NCBI GenBank assembly: GCA_023412995.1
Contig: JAEZQS010000147.1
Span: forward strand, 1 to 43,153
Reading direction: 5' to 3'
DNA: 43,153 nucleotides
Source of the DNA: Pseudomonadota bacterium
Lineage (GTDB): Bacteria; Pseudomonadota; Gammaproteobacteria; Xanthomonadales; Rhodanobacteraceae
Part shown: piece after piece, positions 17,790 to 27,161 of the stretch
How positions within the stretch are numbered: position 1 is the stretch's first letter
Layout of the letters: every line of letters starts with the position of its first letter
Notes under the pieces: generated by a model
The model's input: the letters and a program-made list of their open reading frames with translations, nothing else
The model's database searches: none
Told to the model about the DNA's origin: nothing
Translations under genes and position numbers: made by a program

Positions 17790-18685
17790 GCGGCAACGGC
17801 GTCATCACGAGAGGGAGCGGATTTCCGCGCGCGCTGCTCGTTGCGATGCTCGGCGCGGCCGTGCTGGCGGGCGTCCTGTACCCGCGCATGGCAACTGGCG
17901 CCGCGGCGGCACCGCCGGCGGGGTTCGGCCTCGATGCGGACGCGGCACTGGCGCGCAGTCGCGCGGTGCTCGGCACCCGGCCCGGCGACTTCGTGTTGCG
18001 CGGGGTCGATGGTCGCGAGCGCGCGTTGTCGGCGTTTCGCGGCAAACCGCTGCTGGTGAATTTCCTCTATACCGGTTGCCACCGCATCTGCCCGAACAGC
18101 ACGCTGGCGCTGCGCAGTGCGATCGAGGGGATGCGCGATCGCTTCCCTAGCGACCAGTTCCACGTCGTCAGCATCGGTTTCGACCTGCCCAACGACTCGC
18201 CCGAGGCGATGCGCGATTACGCAAGGACGCGCCGCATCGACGTCCCCAACTGGGAGTTCCTGAGCCCGCGCGAAGGCGACGTCGCGGCCCTGTCCGATGC
18301 CTTCGGCTTCAGCTTCGCGCCCACCGCGGCCGGCTTCGACCACACGCTGCAGGTGAGCGTGGTGGATGCCGGGGGCCGCATCTACCGCCAGGTCCTCGGT
18401 GATGCCTTCAGCGCGGACGCGCTCGGCGAGCCGCTGCGCCAGCTGGCCGCCGGCCAACTCCTGACCGACACTGCCAACTGGTCGTCGCTGGTGGGCCGCA
18501 TCCGCATCCTGTGCTCGGTGTACGACCCGCTCACCGGCAACTACCGCCGCGACTGGACCCTCTACCTCGAAATCGCGGGCGGACTGACTTTCCTGCTGGC
18601 AATGGTCGCATTCGCCTGGGGCGAATGGCGCGGCCGGCGCCGCGATGATCGCGCCGCCCGCGCAGCGCATCCCGGGTCGCCATGA
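17786..18685 (+). CDS. SCO1/SenC copper chaperone with C-terminal TM extension
   Basis: YTGCHRICP (CxxxC), FDH; ATGA coupling. Confidence 0.88.
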   Translation: MSGNGVITRGSGFPRALLVAMLGAAVLAGVLYPRMATGAAAAPPAGFGLDADAALARSRAVLGTRPGDFVLRGVDGRERALSAFRGKPLLVNFLYTGCHRICPNSTLALRSAIEGMRDRFPSDQFHVVSIGFDLPNDSPEAMRDYARTRRIDVPNWEFLSPREGDVAALSDAFGFSFAPTAAGFDHTLQVSVVDAGGRIYRQVLGDAFSADALGEPLRQLAAGQLLTDTANWSSLVGRIRILCSVYDPLTGNYRRDWTLYLEIAGGLTFLLAMVAFAWGEWRGRRRDDRAARAAHPGSP

Positions 18686-19194
18686 CGCGCCGGCAGGATG
18701 CCGCGCGCTGGATCGGCCAGGGCCTCCTGTACGCCGGTTTCGCGGCGGTGCTGGGCTTCTTTTCGGACGCGCCGGTGTACCGGCACCTGCCTGCCGGGCA
18801 TGCGGTGGTCAAGGTGAGCATCGTGCACCAGGGAATGCGCCTGCAGCCGTGCGTCGAACGGACGCCCGGGGAACTGGCCAGCCTGCCACCGAACATGCGC
18901 GTTGCTGCCCGCTGCCCGCGCGAGCGCGCACCCCTGCTGCTGGAACTGGACATGGACGGAGAGTCGCTGTTGCGCCGCGAGGCGCCGCCTTCCGGCCTCT
19001 CTTCCGACGGCAGTGCGGCCATCTACCAGCGCCTGGTCGTGCCGGCGGGGCCGCATCGCATCGCTGTGCGTCTGCGCGACAGCGCGCGCACGCACGGTTT
19101 CGACTACGTGCAGGAGGCCAGCGTGGTGCTGGCCCCGGCGCAGATCCTCGTGGTCGATTTCGCGCCACGCCAACGGGAGATCACGCTGCGATGA
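18682..19194 (+). CDS. Membrane-anchored hypothetical protein of the eNOR operon
   Basis: N-terminal TM, two Cys (QPC..RCPRER); ATGA overlaps at both ends. Confidence 0.75.
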   Translation: MTRRQDAARWIGQGLLYAGFAAVLGFFSDAPVYRHLPAGHAVVKVSIVHQGMRLQPCVERTPGELASLPPNMRVAARCPRERAPLLLELDMDGESLLRREAPPSGLSSDGSAAIYQRLVVPAGPHRIAVRLRDSARTHGFDYVQEASVVLAPAQILVVDFAPRQREITLR

Positions 19195-20603
19195 ATCGCG
19201 CACTCGACACCCGCGCGCTCGGCGCCACGCGCGTCCCGGCCGGCGCCGCGGCCTGGGGCCTGGCCGTGCCGCAGGGCGCGCGCCGCCGTCTCGCGCGCGG
19301 CTGGCTCTGGATGGCGATGCTGGCGCTGGCGACCTCCGGCCTGTTCTCGATCCTGCTGGTGCTCTCGCGCACGCCTGGCCTCAACCGCGTGCTGCGCGTG
19401 GCGGACTTCTTCCGCGTCGCGCTGGTGGTGCACGTGGATCTTTCGGTGCTGGTCTGGTTCGTGGCCGTGGCCGGAATCCTGTGGACGCTGTGCGCCGGCA
19501 CGCGGGCGATCGCCGTGGGCTGGGCGGCCTTGCTCCTGTGTGGCCTCGGCACGCTGGTGATGGCGCTCGCGCCGTTCCTCGACGACGCCAGGCCCGTGAT
19601 GGCCAATTACATCCCGGTGCTCGACGGGCCCGTGTTCCTTGCCGGCCTGGTCGTGTTCGCAGGCGGCGCGGCCTTGCTGGTCCTGCGCAGCCTGTGGGCG
19701 GCGAACCCGCTGGGGCAGGCATTTTCCGGCGAAGGCGCCTTGCGCTTCGGGCTGCACGCGGCAGCGGTGGCCGGTGCGGTGGCGCTGCTGGCGTTTGCCT
19801 GGTCGATCGCGCTGGTGCCGCGGGCGCTCGACAGCTCCGGCTACTACGAGATCCTGTTCTGGGGCGGCGGGCATGCACTCCAGTTCGTGTGGACGCTGCT
19901 GATGCTGGTGGGCTGGATGTGGCTGGCGGACGCGGTCGGGGCGCCATTGCCGCTCAGCCCACGCATGGCGGTGCTGCTGTTCGCGCTGGCGCTGGCTTGC
20001 GTGTTCGTCACGCCCTATGCCTACCTCGCGCACGACATCGCCTCGGTGGAACACCGCCACCTGCACACCTGGGCGATGCGGCTGGGCGGTGGCGTGTCGA
20101 TCGCACCGGTCGGCCTGGCGGTGGTGTTCGCGTTGCGGCGCGGCACACGCCTGCGCGAGCCGGCGCACGCGCCGCTGCGTGCCGCGCTCGTCTCCTCGAT
20201 GTGCCTGTTCGCCGCCGGTGGCCTGATGGGCGGTCTCATCGCCGGCAACGACGTGCGCATCCCGGCCCACTACCACGGCTGCATCGTCGGCGTGACGCTG
20301 GCGCTGATGGGCCTGGTCTACCTGCTGCTGCCGCGGCTCGGCGCGCGGGCGCCGCACGGACGCCTGGCGACCTGGCAGCCGGCACTCTATGGCGGCGGCC
20401 AGCTGCTGCACATCCTGGGCCTGGTCTGGTCCGGTGGCTATGGCGTGCAGCGCAAGGTGGCCGGGGCCGAGCAGGTGCTGCGCAGCCCGTCGGAAATCGC
20501 GGGCATGGGGCTGATGGGACTCGGTGGCGCGGTCGCCATCGTGGGCGGCGTGGTGTTCGTGCTCGTGGTCGCGCGTGCGGCGCGGCCGGAATCGCGTCCA
20601 TGA
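19191..20603 (+). CDS. Degenerate heme-copper subunit I paralog
   Basis: About 12 TM; VVHVDL, FWGGGHALQF, PAHYHG, GVQRK; no adjacent HH pair. Confidence 0.78.
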   Translation: MNRALDTRALGATRVPAGAAAWGLAVPQGARRRLARGWLWMAMLALATSGLFSILLVLSRTPGLNRVLRVADFFRVALVVHVDLSVLVWFVAVAGILWTLCAGTRAIAVGWAALLLCGLGTLVMALAPFLDDARPVMANYIPVLDGPVFLAGLVVFAGGAALLVLRSLWAANPLGQAFSGEGALRFGLHAAAVAGAVALLAFAWSIALVPRALDSSGYYEILFWGGGHALQFVWTLLMLVGWMWLADAVGAPLPLSPRMAVLLFALALACVFVTPYAYLAHDIASVEHRHLHTWAMRLGGGVSIAPVGLAVVFALRRGTRLREPAHAPLRAALVSSMCLFAAGGLMGGLIAGNDVRIPAHYHGCIVGVTLALMGLVYLLLPRLGARAPHGRLATWQPALYGGGQLLHILGLVWSGGYGVQRKVAGAEQVLRSPSEIAGMGLMGLGGAVAIVGGVVFVLVVARAARPESRP

Positions 20604-22507
20604 TCGCGGCGCTGCAACGCGCGCTGCGCTGGCTTTTCATGCGCGGCGAGGCGCTCTTCAATGCCGCCTTCGGCGAGCGCATCAACCCGCTCTACCACCT
20701 GGGTGCGATCCTGTTCTTCCTGTTCTGGCTGGCCGCCGGCAGCGGCTTGTACCTGTACGTCTTCTTCGATACCGGCGTGCCCGATGCCTACCAGTCGGTC
20801 GAGCAGCTCACGCACGGGCAGTGGTACCTCGGCGGCATCCTGCGCAGCATCCACCGCTATGCGTCCGATGGCATCGTGCTGGTCATGGCGGTGCACCTCG
20901 TGCGCCACTTCGCCTTCGACCGCCTGCGCGGCTTCCGCTGGTTCGCGTGGGTGACCGGGGTCGGCCTGATCGGGTTCGTGTACGTCAGCGGCATCAACGG
21001 CTACATGCTGCCGTGGGATCGCCTGGCCCAGTTCACCATCGTCGGCAGCTTCGAATGGCTGGACCGGCTGCCGGGTTTCGGCGGCACGCTGAGCCGCAAC
21101 TTCATCTATCCCGAGAGCGTGGACGACCGCTTCTTCTCGCTGCTGTCCTTCGTCCACATCGGCGCGCCGCTGCTGACCCTGCTCCTGATGTGGGTGCACA
21201 TCCAGCGCGTGCCCAAGGCGAGTACCCAGCCGCCGCGGCCGGTCGCACTCGCGCTCGTCGCTACCCTGGTCGTGCTGGCATGGCTGAAGCCGGCCCTCAG
21301 CCAGGGCGGGGTGGCCGACCTCGCCACCGAAGTCGCCCAGGTCGGCATCGACTGGTTCTACCTGCCGCTCTTTCCGCTGTTCGACCGCTGGAGCGCTGGC
21401 CAGGTCTGGCTGCTGCTCATCCTCGCCATGCTGCTGCTGGTCGCGCTGCCGTGGCTGCCGCCGCGGCGAAGCAGCAGCGCCGGCTGGCAGGTCGAGCTGT
21501 ATCCGGGCGCGCACCGGGTGGCTGCGCGTCCCGGCGAAACGCTGCTCGAGGCGGGACTGCGCGCCGGCCTCGCGCTGCCCTACGAGTGCCGCAACGGTGC
21601 CTGCGGCGTGTGCGTGTGCCGCGTCCTGCATGGCCGCGTGGATCCGGGGCACTTCCAGCCGGGAGCGCTCGGCGCCTCCATGCACGCGCGCGGCGAGGCG
21701 CTGATGTGCTGCGCCACGGCGCTGGAAGATGTCGCCATCGAGGTGGACGTACCCTCGCTCGTTCCGCTCGACGTACCTGCAGTGCACAGCCTTGACGCAC
21801 GCGTCGAGCGGCTCACGCGGCTGGCACCGGACGTGATGCAGGTACTGCTGTCCCTGCCTGACGGCGCACGCCTGCCGTTCGCGGCGGGTCAGTACCTCAA
21901 CATCGTGCTGGAAAACGGCCAGCGGCGCGCCTTCTCGTTTGCCAATCCACCCCAGCAGGAAACGCCGATAGAGCTCCACGTGCGGCGCGTGGAGGGCGGC
22001 CTGTTCACCCCGCGCGTGTTCGATGGCGGCCTGAAGCAGGGCGACGTCCTGCGCATCGAGGGACCACACGGCCGTTTCACCCTGAGGCCGGGAGAGCGGC
22101 CGGTCCTGTTCGTGGCGGGCGCCACCGGGTTCGCGCCGATCCGCAGCATCGTCGAGGACGCGTTTGCGCGCGGCATCGATCGTCCGATGTGGCTGTACTG
22201 GGGAGCGCGTGGAACCGCCGACCTGTATGCGCGCGCGGAGGCGGAGCGATGGCAACGCGAGCATGCCGGCTTCCGCTTCGTGCCCGTGCTGTCGGACGCC
22301 GCGATGGACGGGTCCTGGACCGGCCGCACCGGTCCGGTCCATCGCGCCCTGCTGGAGGACTTTCCAGACCTCGCCGGACACGAACTCTACGTGTGTGGCT
22401 CGGTGCAGATGGTGACCAGCGCCGTGCCGGATTTCCTGGCCCATGGCCTTTCCGGGCAGGCGTGCTTCTCCGACGCCTTCCAGCCGGCCGCCGGGCCGTC
22501 CGGCTGA
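20600..22507 (+). CDS. Cytochrome b (b6-like) - [2Fe-2S] ferredoxin - FAD/NAD(P)H reductase fusion
   Basis: IHRY..VHL and VHI..VHI His pairs; GYMLPWD; CRNGACGVC..C; RAFS; AGATGFAP; YVCGS; DAF. Confidence 0.88.
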   Translation: MIAALQRALRWLFMRGEALFNAAFGERINPLYHLGAILFFLFWLAAGSGLYLYVFFDTGVPDAYQSVEQLTHGQWYLGGILRSIHRYASDGIVLVMAVHLVRHFAFDRLRGFRWFAWVTGVGLIGFVYVSGINGYMLPWDRLAQFTIVGSFEWLDRLPGFGGTLSRNFIYPESVDDRFFSLLSFVHIGAPLLTLLLMWVHIQRVPKASTQPPRPVALALVATLVVLAWLKPALSQGGVADLATEVAQVGIDWFYLPLFPLFDRWSAGQVWLLLILAMLLLVALPWLPPRRSSSAGWQVELYPGAHRVAARPGETLLEAGLRAGLALPYECRNGACGVCVCRVLHGRVDPGHFQPGALGASMHARGEALMCCATALEDVAIEVDVPSLVPLDVPAVHSLDARVERLTRLAPDVMQVLLSLPDGARLPFAAGQYLNIVLENGQRRAFSFANPPQQETPIELHVRRVEGGLFTPRVFDGGLKQGDVLRIEGPHGRFTLRPGERPVLFVAGATGFAPIRSIVEDAFARGIDRPMWLYWGARGTADLYARAEAERWQREHAGFRFVPVLSDAAMDGSWTGRTGPVHRALLEDFPDLAGHELYVCGSVQMVTSAVPDFLAHGLSGQACFSDAFQPAAGPSG

Positions 22508-22635
22508 GACCGCCCGGATGCCCGGGGGTGCCGGCTGCCCCGGGTCGATGATCGCAGGCACCGCGGCGGGGCAAGGTCGGATAGACTGGCGCCGCGGTGA
22601 GGTGCGCCCGCGGCTTCCGGTGCAAGGTACGCAGC

Positions 22636-23130
22636 ATGTCGATCGACACCCCACGCAATCAGCGGCCGATTGCGCCGGCCAACCTCGCCGATCACCTCGC
22701 CCTGCGCAAGGATGTCCTGATCGTCCAGTGGATGGCTGCGGCGCGAAAAAGCGGCTCCATCCCCACCGAAGCGCTCACGCGGCTCGAACTGGTCGACCAC
22801 GTGCCGAAGATCTTCGACGCAACCATGGACGCGTTGCGACAGCGGCGGAACGACGAGGCGATGGAGCGCGTGCAGGAAGCCACGGCCCGCCATGCGATCG
22901 TGCGCTGGGTGCAGAAATACGACCTGCGCGCCGTACTGCGGGAGGTGTCGTTGCTGCGCGCGGTGTTCATCGCCGAGATGCACGCGTTTGCCGTCGCAAG
23001 CCCCGAGGACGACGCACAAACGCGGTTGTCCGATTCGCTGGCGATCCACCGAATCCTCGACGACATCGTCGCGGACGCGACCGACACCTTCCTGAAACTC
23101 GGCGTGCACGAGAACGGCGTATCGCCCTGA
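22636..23130 (+). CDS. Stand-alone RsbRD N-terminal-like domain protein
   Basis: LIVQW...LVDHVPKIFD...ARHAIVRW..YDLRAVLRE..LLR pattern. Confidence 0.65.
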   Translation: MSIDTPRNQRPIAPANLADHLALRKDVLIVQWMAAARKSGSIPTEALTRLELVDHVPKIFDATMDALRQRRNDEAMERVQEATARHAIVRWVQKYDLRAVLREVSLLRAVFIAEMHAFAVASPEDDAQTRLSDSLAIHRILDDIVADATDTFLKLGVHENGVSP

Positions 23131-23278
23131 CTGGCGCTCCGCCAGACCTTCGGCTGGACGCGTCCCCCCGCCGATTCGCGGTGGCGCTTGCCGCGCCTGC
23201 ACGAGGTCGCCGCCTGCCGGGCGGAGTCACCCGGAGCCGTGCTCCGGGGCTGCCGTAGCGGCGCGGCGACCCGTCGGA

Positions 23279-25096
23279 TCACTCGATTGGCTGGTCCAGC
23301 ATCAGTTCGCGCGCGAAGCGGACGGGCGGCGCACCGTAGGACAGGACGCGGTCGTGGTAGGCCTTGAGGCCGAAGGCGTCGCCAAGCTTCGCCTCGACCG
23401 CCTTGCGCGTGTCGAAATGCTCCTGCACGCCGACGAAGTAGGTTGGCAGCTGCGCCGAGGTCAGCTGCACGCGCACCCATTTGCCGGCCGCCTCCCGCTC
23501 CTGCTGGAAGGTCCGGCGCACCATCAGGTCCATTGCCTGCTCGCGCGTCCAGTGATCGACGTGCACGCCCTGGTCAAGGATCGCATTGGCGATGGTGCGC
23601 AGGTAGAACTTGAGCTGCACCAGGCGGAACAGCGGATCGTTCCCGAGGTAGCCGGCATCGGCCATCATGTCCTCGGTGTAGACCGCCCAGCCTTCGGCGA
23701 ACACGCCCGAGCGCAGCACCGCGCGCAGGGTGGAGGGGAACCGCGCCGAATGCCAGCCTTCCAGGTAATGGCCGGGGGTGCCTTCGTGGATGCTGAGGAG
23801 GTGGATCATGCGCGTGTTGTATTCGCGCAGGAAGGAATCGACCTGGGCAGCGGTCCAGTCGTCCGGGATCGGCGACACGGCAAAGAACGTGTCGAGGCCC
23901 TTGTCCAGCGGGCCGGGCGAATCGCAATAGGCGACCGCGACGCCGCGCTGGAACTCCGGCATCAGGATGATCTTGACCGGCGCGTCGGGCAGGGTGACGA
24001 GGTTTTTCTCCCGCACGAAATCGGTGGCCGAAGCGAGCGCTGCTTCGGCTGACGCGACCACCTGGTCGCGCGCCGGCTTGTCGGCGTAGGCGAGTTCCAG
24101 CGCCGCTTCGATGGCCTTCTGCTGCTGGCCGTCATCCGGCGATGCCGGGAGGGGCGGGGCGCCCGGCTTGCCGGCCAGTACGCCCCGGGCAATGGCGTAC
24201 ATCTCGCCGCGCACGCGGGTGAGTTCGGCTTCGGCACGCTGGCGGATCTCGCCGCGCGAAAGCGAGGAGACCAGCGCGAACTGGAGCTTGCGGTCATAGC
24301 GTTCCTGCCCGAGGCGGAAGTCGCCCTTGGCGTTGGGCACCAGGGTCGCATCGAGCCACTGCTGCTGTTCGGCAACCGCCTTCTGCAGGCCGTCGATGGC
24401 CTGGCGGGCGCGTCCTTGGTCGGCTTCCGGCAGCTCCGCCAGGCGCGGCGTGATGAACATGTCGATGATGCCGAGCACGCCCTTGTTCTGTTTGGCGACC
24501 GTCTCGGCATGGATCAGCGGTACGCGCGCCGGATCGAGGTTCTCGCGCGCCTGGGCAAACAGGGCGGGAATCTTCTCCATCCGCGCGGTGGCCGAACGCA
24601 GGCGCTCGGGCAGCGGCGCGAACTCGCGCGCCATCAGGCCGTAGATCGCCCCACCGGCCAGTTCGTTGTAGACCTGCGGGTCGGTGGCCCAGGACTGCAG
24701 GGCCTCGCTGCGCCAGATGTCGTACTGGAGCTGGTTGCGCAGGATCGCGGCATCCACCTGGTTCTCGCGCGAGAGCCGGCTGGCATCGATACGGTCGAGC
24801 TCGGCCAGCATCGTGCGGCTGAAGTCGAGCGATTGCTGGCGACCTTTCGCGCTGAGGTCATCGATCTCGCTGTCGTAACGGTGTTCGCCGATCTGCGTGG
24901 CGCTCACCGGCGAAAGCTTCAGCCACCCTGCCAGCGCGCGCGCCGACAGGTCGGCAAACGCGGTGTCGGCCGGCTTGGCCGGGGCAGGCGAATCGACGGC
25001 GGCCGCGGGCGCCGCAGCGGGAGACGGCTGGATTTCAGCCTTCTGGCAGGCGGTGAGGGCGCTGACCAGGGCGAGGACGAACAGGGTGCGCTGCAT
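23279..25096 (-). CDS. DUF885 family lipoprotein
   Basis: Lipobox LTAC; HEGTPGHYLE, EGWAVYTE, QLPTYFVG. Confidence 0.9.
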   Translation of the reverse strand: MQRTLFVLALVSALTACQKAEIQPSPAAAPAAAVDSPAPAKPADTAFADLSARALAGWLKLSPVSATQIGEHRYDSEIDDLSAKGRQQSLDFSRTMLAELDRIDASRLSRENQVDAAILRNQLQYDIWRSEALQSWATDPQVYNELAGGAIYGLMAREFAPLPERLRSATARMEKIPALFAQARENLDPARVPLIHAETVAKQNKGVLGIIDMFITPRLAELPEADQGRARQAIDGLQKAVAEQQQWLDATLVPNAKGDFRLGQERYDRKLQFALVSSLSRGEIRQRAEAELTRVRGEMYAIARGVLAGKPGAPPLPASPDDGQQQKAIEAALELAYADKPARDQVVASAEAALASATDFVREKNLVTLPDAPVKIILMPEFQRGVAVAYCDSPGPLDKGLDTFFAVSPIPDDWTAAQVDSFLREYNTRMIHLLSIHEGTPGHYLEGWHSARFPSTLRAVLRSGVFAEGWAVYTEDMMADAGYLGNDPLFRLVQLKFYLRTIANAILDQGVHVDHWTREQAMDLMVRRTFQQEREAAGKWVRVQLTSAQLPTYFVGVQEHFDTRKAVEAKLGDAFGLKAYHDRVLSYGAPPVRFARELMLDQPIE

Positions 25097-25277
25097 GGGG
25101 CTTTCCGGAGTCCGTGCGAGCCGCACGTGGTGGGCAAGCATAGGCAAATCCCGGCGGCGGGCAAACCGCGCCACCCAGGCGGCTGCGACGGGCGGCCCGG
25201 AAGGCGCCCGGGGCCGCCGCCGTGGCGCGGCCCACGACGCACTGCCCATGCGCGGCCAATGGCGCTACGCTGGCTGC

Positions 25278-25949
25278 ATGGACGAGCCGCCTCCCGGGCC
25301 CACGACGCTGCGCATCGACTTCGTTTCCGACGTCGTCTGCCCCTGGTGCGCGATCGGGCTCGCCTCGCTGGAGCAGGCACTGGAACGCACGCGCGACGTC
25401 CTCCAGGCGACCGTCCACATCCAGCCGTTCGAACTCAATCCGCAGCTCGGCCCGGTAGGCGAGGACGCGATGGAACACCTGCAGGCGAAGTACGGCATGC
25501 CGCCCGCGCAGGTTGCCGCCAACCAGGAGGCGATCCGCGCGCGCGGCGCCGCACTGGGCTTCACCTTCGACATGGCGCGGCGCCGGCGCATCTGGAATAC
25601 CTTCGATGCGCACCGGCTGCTGCACTGGGCCGGCCTGGAAGGCCGGCAGCGCGACCTCAAGCACGCCCTGCTGCGTGCCTACTTCACCGACGGCCGCAAC
25701 ATCGCCGACCACGACACGCTGGCAGACATCGCGGCCACGAGCGGGCTGCCGCGGGACCCGGCCCGCGACGTGCTGGCCACCAACGCCTATGCCGAAGAAG
25801 TCCGGGCGGACGAGGCCTTCTTCCAGCGCCACGGCATCCAGGCGGTGCCAGCCATCATCATCGAGCGGCGGCACCTGATCTCCGGCGGCCAGCCGGTCGA
25901 GGTGTTCGAACGCGCACTGCGCGAGATTGCCGGCGCGAAGCGCGACTGA
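25278..25949 (+). CDS. DsbA/FrnE family oxidoreductase
   Basis: SDVVCPWC, PFELNP, NTFDAHRLL, AVP, SGGQP. Confidence 0.92.
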   Translation: MDEPPPGPTTLRIDFVSDVVCPWCAIGLASLEQALERTRDVLQATVHIQPFELNPQLGPVGEDAMEHLQAKYGMPPAQVAANQEAIRARGAALGFTFDMARRRRIWNTFDAHRLLHWAGLEGRQRDLKHALLRAYFTDGRNIADHDTLADIAATSGLPRDPARDVLATNAYAEEVRADEAFFQRHGIQAVPAIIIERRHLISGGQPVEVFERALREIAGAKRD

Positions 25950-25981
25950 ACGTCCCGCGCGCTGCAGGAGCCCCCGCATCC

Positions 25982-26827
25982 ATGCCCGATTTCACCGTGC
26001 ACCGCCTGCTCGCCACGCCGCTGATCGAGGTGCGCGACGTGCTTTGCGCGGGTGCCTGCCGCCATCGTGGCGCCATGGAGCGCAGCGAGCATACGCACCT
26101 GGTCTTTCCCTATCGCGGCAGCTACGTGCGCCACGTCGGCGACGAGGACGCGGTGGCCGACGCCAGCCAGGTGCTGTTCTTCCAGGCAGGAGAGGACTAC
26201 CAGGTGAGCCATCCCAACCCAGGAGGCGATGCCAGCCTGGCGATCACTGTCGACGAGGGGCTGCTGCGCGAGATCGCGCCGCCCGCGTTGCTGGACGCCG
26301 GCAAGCCGGCGCCGGGTGCGCCATTACGGTTCCGCCAGCGGCGCCTGCGCATCGATCCGCGCGCCCAGGTGCTGGTGGCGCTGCTGCGGCACGCATTGCA
26401 TGAAGGGGTTGCCGAGCCGCTGGAAGGCGAGAGCCTCGCGTTGACGCTGGTGCATCGCGCGCTCGCGCCACGTGCGACCCATGCGGCCGGCGCCAGCAGG
26501 AGCCGCCAGCGCCTGGTGGACCGCGCGAAACTGGTGCTGGCGCGCGACCTCGCGCGGCGCTGGACGCTGGCGGAGGTGGCCGCCGAAACCGGCGTCTCGG
26601 CCGTCTACCTCACGCAGAGTTTCCATGCCGTGGAGGGCGTGCCGCTGTATCGCTACCAGCTGCGCCTGCGGCTGGCGCGCGCCCTGGACCTGCTGGGCCA
26701 GTACGAGGACCTTGCCGCGCTCGGACTCGACCTCGGCTTCTCCAGCCACAGCCATTTCAGCGCGGCGTTCCACCAGGCCTACGGGCGCACCCCGAGCGAG
26801 TTCCGCCAGGCCGCCCTGCACCGCTAG
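25982..26827 (+). CDS. AraC family transcriptional regulator
   Basis: WTLAEVA..GVSAVYL..LGFSSHSHFSAAF..YG.TPS. Confidence 0.9.
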   Translation: MPDFTVHRLLATPLIEVRDVLCAGACRHRGAMERSEHTHLVFPYRGSYVRHVGDEDAVADASQVLFFQAGEDYQVSHPNPGGDASLAITVDEGLLREIAPPALLDAGKPAPGAPLRFRQRRLRIDPRAQVLVALLRHALHEGVAEPLEGESLALTLVHRALAPRATHAAGASRSRQRLVDRAKLVLARDLARRWTLAEVAAETGVSAVYLTQSFHAVEGVPLYRYQLRLRLARALDLLGQYEDLAALGLDLGFSSHSHFSAAFHQAYGRTPSEFRQAALHR

Positions 26828-26909
26828 TCGCTAAAGTTGCTGACAGCGCCGTGCGCCGCGGCCGTGGTGCAATGCGGTTGCCCGGCTTGCGGGCGACGGA
26901 GAAACGGCC

Positions 26910-27065
26910 ATGAGCGATAGAACCTGTGCAGCCTGCGACTACGAACTGGACGGCAACGCCATCCAGGTACGTATCGGTGGCAAGACGGTGGAGGTCTGCT
27001 GTGAAGAATGCGCTACGCGCCTGAAGGAAGCGCACGCGCAGGCAACCGCCTCGCAGCAGGGCTGA
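26910..27065 (+). CDS. Small TRASH/YHS-like metal-binding protein (51 aa)
   Basis: Manual translation MSDRTCAACDYELDGNAIQVRIGGKTVEVCCEECATRLKEAHAQATASQQG; RBS GGAG. Confidence 0.75.
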   Translation: MSDRTCAACDYELDGNAIQVRIGGKTVEVCCEECATRLKEAHAQATASQQG

Positions 27066-27161
27066 AAGGACATCCCGGTGGGGCGCGGGTGCGATGCCGG
27101 CGCCTACCGGGCAACGCCGCGCCGCCTGCGGCGCGGCCATTCCCAGACGACGGACAGTCCC

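Noticed and set aside
18902..20599. N-terminal extension making a 1201-aa protein
   Set aside because: It is an off-frame read-through over two real genes; the true start is at the ATGA overlap at 20600.
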